From assembly GCA_964653595.1 (NCBI GenBank), contig CAZZHH010000016.1, positions 1,349 through 65,348 of the forward strand: a stretch of 64,000 nucleotides of DNA, given 5' to 3'. Each line of letters starts with the position of its first letter. The stretch's first letter is position 1. The stretch comes from an uncultured Lentimicrobiaceae bacterium (GTDB taxonomy: Bacteria; Bacteroidota; Bacteroidia; Bacteroidales; WCHB1-69). This document shows, in pieces, positions 60,248-64,000 of the stretch. The position numbers and the translations under genes were made by a program. Under the pieces are notes generated by a model. It was not told the origin of the DNA. It did not search any database and saw nothing but the letters and a program-made list of their open reading frames with translations.

Positions 60248-60671
60248 TTTCTATTTTATTTATTCTATTTTGATGACGACCACCTTCAAAGGTAGCATTT
60301 AAAAATGAATTTACAATATTTTCTGCCTCTAAAACGGTAAGATATCTTCCTGGTAATGCAATAATATTTGCATTGTTATGTTGTTTGGCTAACTCAGATA
60401 TTTCTGGTTTCCAACATAATGCACTTCTAATCCCTTTATGTTTGTTTGCAGAAATATTAATACCATTTCCACTTCCGCATACTAATATTCCAAAACTATT
60501 TTCGATATCTTTACTCACCGAATTAGCAACTAAATGAGCATAATCTGGATAATCTACACTATTTATAGAATTTGTACCGTAATCTACAACTTCAAACCCT
60601 TTAGAAAGTAAGAAAAACTTTATATGTTCTTTTATCAAGTAACCTCCATGATCGCTTCCAATAAATATCAT
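60240..60671 (-). CDS. rpiB: Ribose-5-phosphate isomerase B
   Basis: MIFIGSDHGGY start and the GILVCGSGNGI motif. Length 143 aa. Confidence 0.9.
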   Translation of the reverse strand: MIFIGSDHGGYLIKEHIKFFLLSKGFEVVDYGTNSINSVDYPDYAHLVANSVSKDIENSFGILVCGSGNGINISANKHKGIRSALCWKPEISELAKQHNNANIIALPGRYLTVLEAENIVNSFLNATFEGGRHQNRINKIENE

Positions 60672-61010
60672 AATAGTTAAAATTTTAAGTTTTTATAGTG
60701 CAAAACTAACAAAAAAGAGAATAAAATGGTTGATAATTTATCAATTACCTGTTAATAACTCGTAATAAGTTTAAACGTAAAAAAATTCATTTATTTTTCA
60801 GCAAGTTTTCAACAAGCTATTCAATAAAAAAAATAAACAAAAATATCAACATATAGTGTAAATTTGCAAAAAGTATTTGGTGAATTATATTACTTAAATG
60901 ATTGATTATTAAAAATTTGTATTAAAATAAACAGTTGAAAAAATGTGAACAAAAATTAAGTTATCAAAAATGGAAAAAAAATGGCTTAATTTTATTCACA
61001 AATTAACCGC

Positions 61011-61033
61011 ATTATTATTATTATTATATATAT
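61011..61033. repeat. (ATT)5(AT)4 microsatellite 26 nt upstream of the nadA start
   Basis: Read directly: ATTATTATTATTATTATATATAT. Confidence 0.8.
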
Positions 61034-61058
61034 TTTTAAATTTAAAAGAAAAATTATA

Positions 61059-61964
61059 ATGAATATAGAGTTGTTGAAAAAGAAAAAGAGAGCAATTATA
61101 CTTGCACATTACTATACAAATCCTGAAATACAACAAATAGCTGACTTTACAGGTGATAGTTTAGCACTTGCCCAGCAAGCAAAAAATACAAATGCTGATA
61201 TTATTGTTTTTGCCGGTGTACATTTTATGGCCGAAACAGCAAAAATTTTAAATCCTTCCAAAAAAGTGTTAATACCCGATTTTAATGCTGGTTGTTCGCT
61301 CTCTGATTCCTGTAATGCAACCGATTTACTCGAATTTAAAAAAAAGTATCCTGATCATAAAGTCATAACATATATTAATAGTTCATTAGAAGTAAAAATG
61401 ATTTCTGATGTAATCTGTACTTCCAGTAATGCAGTAAAAATAGTCAATTCTTTTCCAAAAAATGAAAAATTAATTTTTGCTCCGGATAAAAATTTAGGTG
61501 GATATATCAATAAACTTACGGGTAGAGAGATGGTTTTATGGAATGGCTCTTGTCATGTTCATAATCAACTACATACCGAAAACGTGTTGCGTTTAAAAAT
61601 GGAACATCCAGATGCGATTGTAATAGCACATCCTGAATGTCAAGATGTTATACTTCAATTGGCAGATTTTGTAGGTTCAACCCTACAAATGCTAAATTTT
61701 ACGAAAACTACTAAAAGTGAAAAAATTATCGTTGCAACAGAAACTGGAATTTTATATCAAATGCAGCAAGCTTCTCCAGATAAACATTTTTATATTGTAC
61801 CTTCCGACGAGAATTGTAATTGCAACGATTGTCCATTCATGAAAATGAATACACTTGATAATATTTATCATTGTTTAGAAAACGAAACGAATGAATTATT
61901 ATTAGAAGATTTTCAAATAAAACAAGCATATATTCCTTTGCAAAGAATGTTAGATTTATCATAA
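61059..61964 (+). CDS. nadA: Quinolinate synthase
   Basis: ILAHYY, VHFMAETAKILNP and CxxC-containing C-terminal pattern. Length 301 aa. Confidence 0.9.
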   Translation: MNIELLKKKKRAIILAHYYTNPEIQQIADFTGDSLALAQQAKNTNADIIVFAGVHFMAETAKILNPSKKVLIPDFNAGCSLSDSCNATDLLEFKKKYPDHKVITYINSSLEVKMISDVICTSSNAVKIVNSFPKNEKLIFAPDKNLGGYINKLTGREMVLWNGSCHVHNQLHTENVLRLKMEHPDAIVIAHPECQDVILQLADFVGSTLQMLNFTKTTKSEKIIVATETGILYQMQQASPDKHFYIVPSDENCNCNDCPFMKMNTLDNIYHCLENETNELLLEDFQIKQAYIPLQRMLDLS

Positions 61965-61985
61965 ACATACTTAATATATTTTTCT

Positions 61986-63527
61986 ATGAATAAATATCTT
62001 TTATTTTTTCTTTTTTTCCTTCTTTCTTTTTTTCCTTCTTTTTCTCAAGATACGTTAATGAATGGTTACGTTACATTAAAATTTGACAATGGGCTTGTCT
62101 CTAGTGAAGGATATATGAGAGATGGTCTTCCTGATGGTTATTGGAAATCTTATAACAAAAAAGGTATTCTTATTTCAGAAGGTAATAGAAAAGAATTTCT
62201 TTTAGACAGTTTATGGAAATTTTATAAAGATGATGGTACAATTTCCATGTCTATTTATTATTCTAAAGGAAAAAAAAATGGAATCAAAACTACCTTTCTA
62301 ATGGAAGAAACTATGGAAGAGGAATTTAAAGATAATATTAAAATAGGTGTTGAAAAAATATATGACAAAAATAAAAAGCTAAAAAAATTAACTCCTTTTG
62401 AGAATGGGTTAGAAGAAGGTTTTTCTAAAGAATTTAATGAAAATGGCCTTATTGTAGTCCTTACCGAATATAGTAAAGGTTATATAAAAAAACGAGAATT
62501 TATTAATAGAATGGATGCTTCAGGTTTGAAGCAAGGATTATGGAAATATTTTTATGATAATGATAACCTTCATATGGAGGTAAATTATCTGAACAATAAA
62601 AAGCATGGAATATACAAGGAATATGCAAAAGATGGTAATTTATTGAAAATAGAAAAATATGAAAATGATCAAATTATCCAAAATGCATTGGAAACACGAA
62701 AATTAGAAATGCGAATAGATTATCATAAAAATGGAGCACCAAAAATTATGGGAACCTATTTTAATGGTATTGCTGAAGGAATAAGGAGAGAATTTAACGA
62801 AAAAGGAGAGATCATTCAATCATATGTTATGAAATCGGGGAGGATTTTGGGAAAAGGAGTATTAGATGCTAATGGTCTGAAACAGGGTATTTGGGAAGAG
62901 TATTACGATGATACTTATGCTAAACCAAATGAAATTATCATCAGATCAAAAGGGCAATATAAAAATTCTAAACCTATTGGTGAATGGAAATATTTTATGA
63001 TGAATGGGAATACTGAAATTGAGGGTTCTTATGATATTAATGGAAAAAAAGAGGGAACATGGACCTGGTATTATCCGAATGGAAAAATTTTGATTCAAGA
63101 AAATTATACAGAAGGATATAAAGAGGGATTATTCACAGAATTTGACGAAAATAAAAATGTGATTTTAAAAGGAAATTTTGCTGAGGACAAAGAGGTAGGT
63201 TTTTGGATTAGACATAATAAAGATTTTATAGAAGAGGGTAATTATGTCGATGGTAGGAGAGAGGGTAAGTGGAAAGGTTATTATAAAAATGGAAATACTA
63301 CCTATGAAACATCTTTTGCAGATAATAATTATAATGGCTCATTTGTTTCTTATTGGGAAAATGGAAAAATTAAAGAACAGGGTAATTATCTGTTCGGTTT
63401 GAAAAATGGTACTTGGAGACAGTTTGATTCTTTTGGAAATCTTTTTTTAATAGTTACGTATAAAAAAGGAATTGAAATTAGATACGAAGGAGTTAAAATA
63501 GAACCTACATTAGAAGATGGGGAATAA
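61986..63527 (+). CDS. MORN-variant repeat protein (YwqK-family-like) with signal peptide
   Basis: Many repeats of the G.W..Y..NG....E..Y..G...G type. Confidence 0.72.
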   Translation: MNKYLLFFLFFLLSFFPSFSQDTLMNGYVTLKFDNGLVSSEGYMRDGLPDGYWKSYNKKGILISEGNRKEFLLDSLWKFYKDDGTISMSIYYSKGKKNGIKTTFLMEETMEEEFKDNIKIGVEKIYDKNKKLKKLTPFENGLEEGFSKEFNENGLIVVLTEYSKGYIKKREFINRMDASGLKQGLWKYFYDNDNLHMEVNYLNNKKHGIYKEYAKDGNLLKIEKYENDQIIQNALETRKLEMRIDYHKNGAPKIMGTYFNGIAEGIRREFNEKGEIIQSYVMKSGRILGKGVLDANGLKQGIWEEYYDDTYAKPNEIIIRSKGQYKNSKPIGEWKYFMMNGNTEIEGSYDINGKKEGTWTWYYPNGKILIQENYTEGYKEGLFTEFDENKNVILKGNFAEDKEVGFWIRHNKDFIEEGNYVDGRREGKWKGYYKNGNTTYETSFADNNYNGSFVSYWENGKIKEQGNYLFGLKNGTWRQFDSFGNLFLIVTYKKGIEIRYEGVKIEPTLEDGE

Positions 63528-63647
63528 TTATAAATAGATTTTCTCCAAAAGAAAGGAAATTAAATTGTTGAAAACTCCAAAATATTTGTCAACATCAATG
63601 AATTTTCTCATTTTCCTTTAATTGATTAGTATTTAACAAGTTACATC

Positions 63648-63667
63648 ATTGTTTCACGTGAAACAAT
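63648..63667. repeat. GTTTCACGTGAAAC palindrome, copy 3 (20-bp perfect palindrome ATTGTTTCACGTGAAACAAT), between the convergent MORN and corA genes
   Basis: Read directly. Confidence 0.85.
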
Positions 63668-63672
63668 CGTTA

Positions 63673-64000
63673 TTATCCAATCCAAGTTTTCTTTTTAAAA
63701 AATATCAATAATAATACGATTACGATCAAGGATAAAATCATGATTATCCAAAACCCGAAAGGGTTATTTTGAAATGGAAGATTTACATTCATTCCAAAAA
63801 GTCCTGTAATAAAGGTTAAAGGAAGTAATGTAGTGGAAATAATCGTTAACACCTTCATGGTTTCATTGGTTTTGTTCGCTTGAAGAGAGTCAAATGTTTT
63901 TGAAAGACCTTCGATTAATTCTTCGTAGTCTTCCACCATATCCCACATTTTTTGATAATAATCCAATATATTTCCCCAATAATCTTCCATATTTTTTGCG
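63673..64000 (-). CDS. corA: Magnesium/cobalt transporter CorA, C-terminal part (gene continues past the window end)
   Basis: GMN signature (LFGMNVNLPF) followed by the second TM helix and a basic tail. The frame is open to the window edge. Confidence 0.8.
   Translation of the reverse strand, partial: AKNMEDYWGNILDYYQKMWDMVEDYEELIEGLSKTFDSLQANKTNETMKVLTIISTTLLPLTFITGLFGMNVNLPFQNNPFGFWIIMILSLIVIVLLLIFFKKKTWIG

Noticed and set aside
60672-61058. NAD+ (nadA-motif) riboswitch or another structured leader upstream of nadA
   Set aside because: The region is almost pure A/T with no GC-paired stems. The known nadA motif is restricted to other phyla, and its conserved bulged-stem sequence is not visible.
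1-64000. CRISPR arrays, tRNA/rRNA genes, IS elements, integrases, prophage structural genes
   Set aside because: I saw no regularly spaced direct repeats, no cloverleaf-like GC-rich 75-nt segments, and no transposase or recombinase motifs in any long ORF. KilA-N is the only phage-type domain present.

Overview
AT-rich (about 32-35% GC by eye) Bacteroidota-type chromosomal segment. The assignment rests on T9SS C-terminal sorting domains, TAnnTTTG -7 promoter boxes, and a DUF4271-hemD-rnpA-yidD neighbourhood. I call about 48 protein genes and find no rRNA, tRNA, CRISPR array, transposase or integrase.

Most of the window is housekeeping:
- Translation and RNA: aspS, serS, rnpA, yidD, rsmA, mnmG, ybeY, engB.
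- Metabolism: korAB, cdd, rpiB, nadA.
- Envelope and lipids: lnt, a PLD/cardiolipin-synthase-like gene, and an OlsA/OlsB-like acyltransferase pair.
- Signalling: two large orphan sensor kinases.

The clearest accessory element is a compositionally distinct island at about 24.3-33.5 kb. It carries a co-oriented cassette:
- a small XRE HTH protein;
- a PLD (HKD) nuclease fused to an SNF2 ATPase (1127 aa);
- a KilA-N protein bracketed by palindromes;
- a 1305-aa Eco57I-type N6-adenine methyltransferase with its own specificity domain.

About 460 bp of GC-rich decayed or non-coding DNA follows the cassette. I read the cassette as an unconventional ATP-dependent restriction-like system. It resembles DISARM class 1 or NgoAVII/CglI but fits no canonical type.

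Other points worth a second look:
- a radical SAM/SPASM enzyme translationally coupled to a small lipoprotein (91-1525);
- three dispersed perfect palindromes sharing the core GTTTCACGTGAAAC in intergenic positions;
- an 18-bp direct repeat plus hairpin modules flanking a T9SS cargo gene;
- a three-gene operon of secreted LPP20-like, CsgG/LpoB-like and DUF4476 proteins;
- a 1099-aa membrane-anchored K/E-rich coiled-coil protein in the rpiB-ybeY operon.

Several ORF-track starts (TTG, or upstream of a promoter box) were moved to downstream ATGs. All function calls come from motif recognition by eye. No database search was run.
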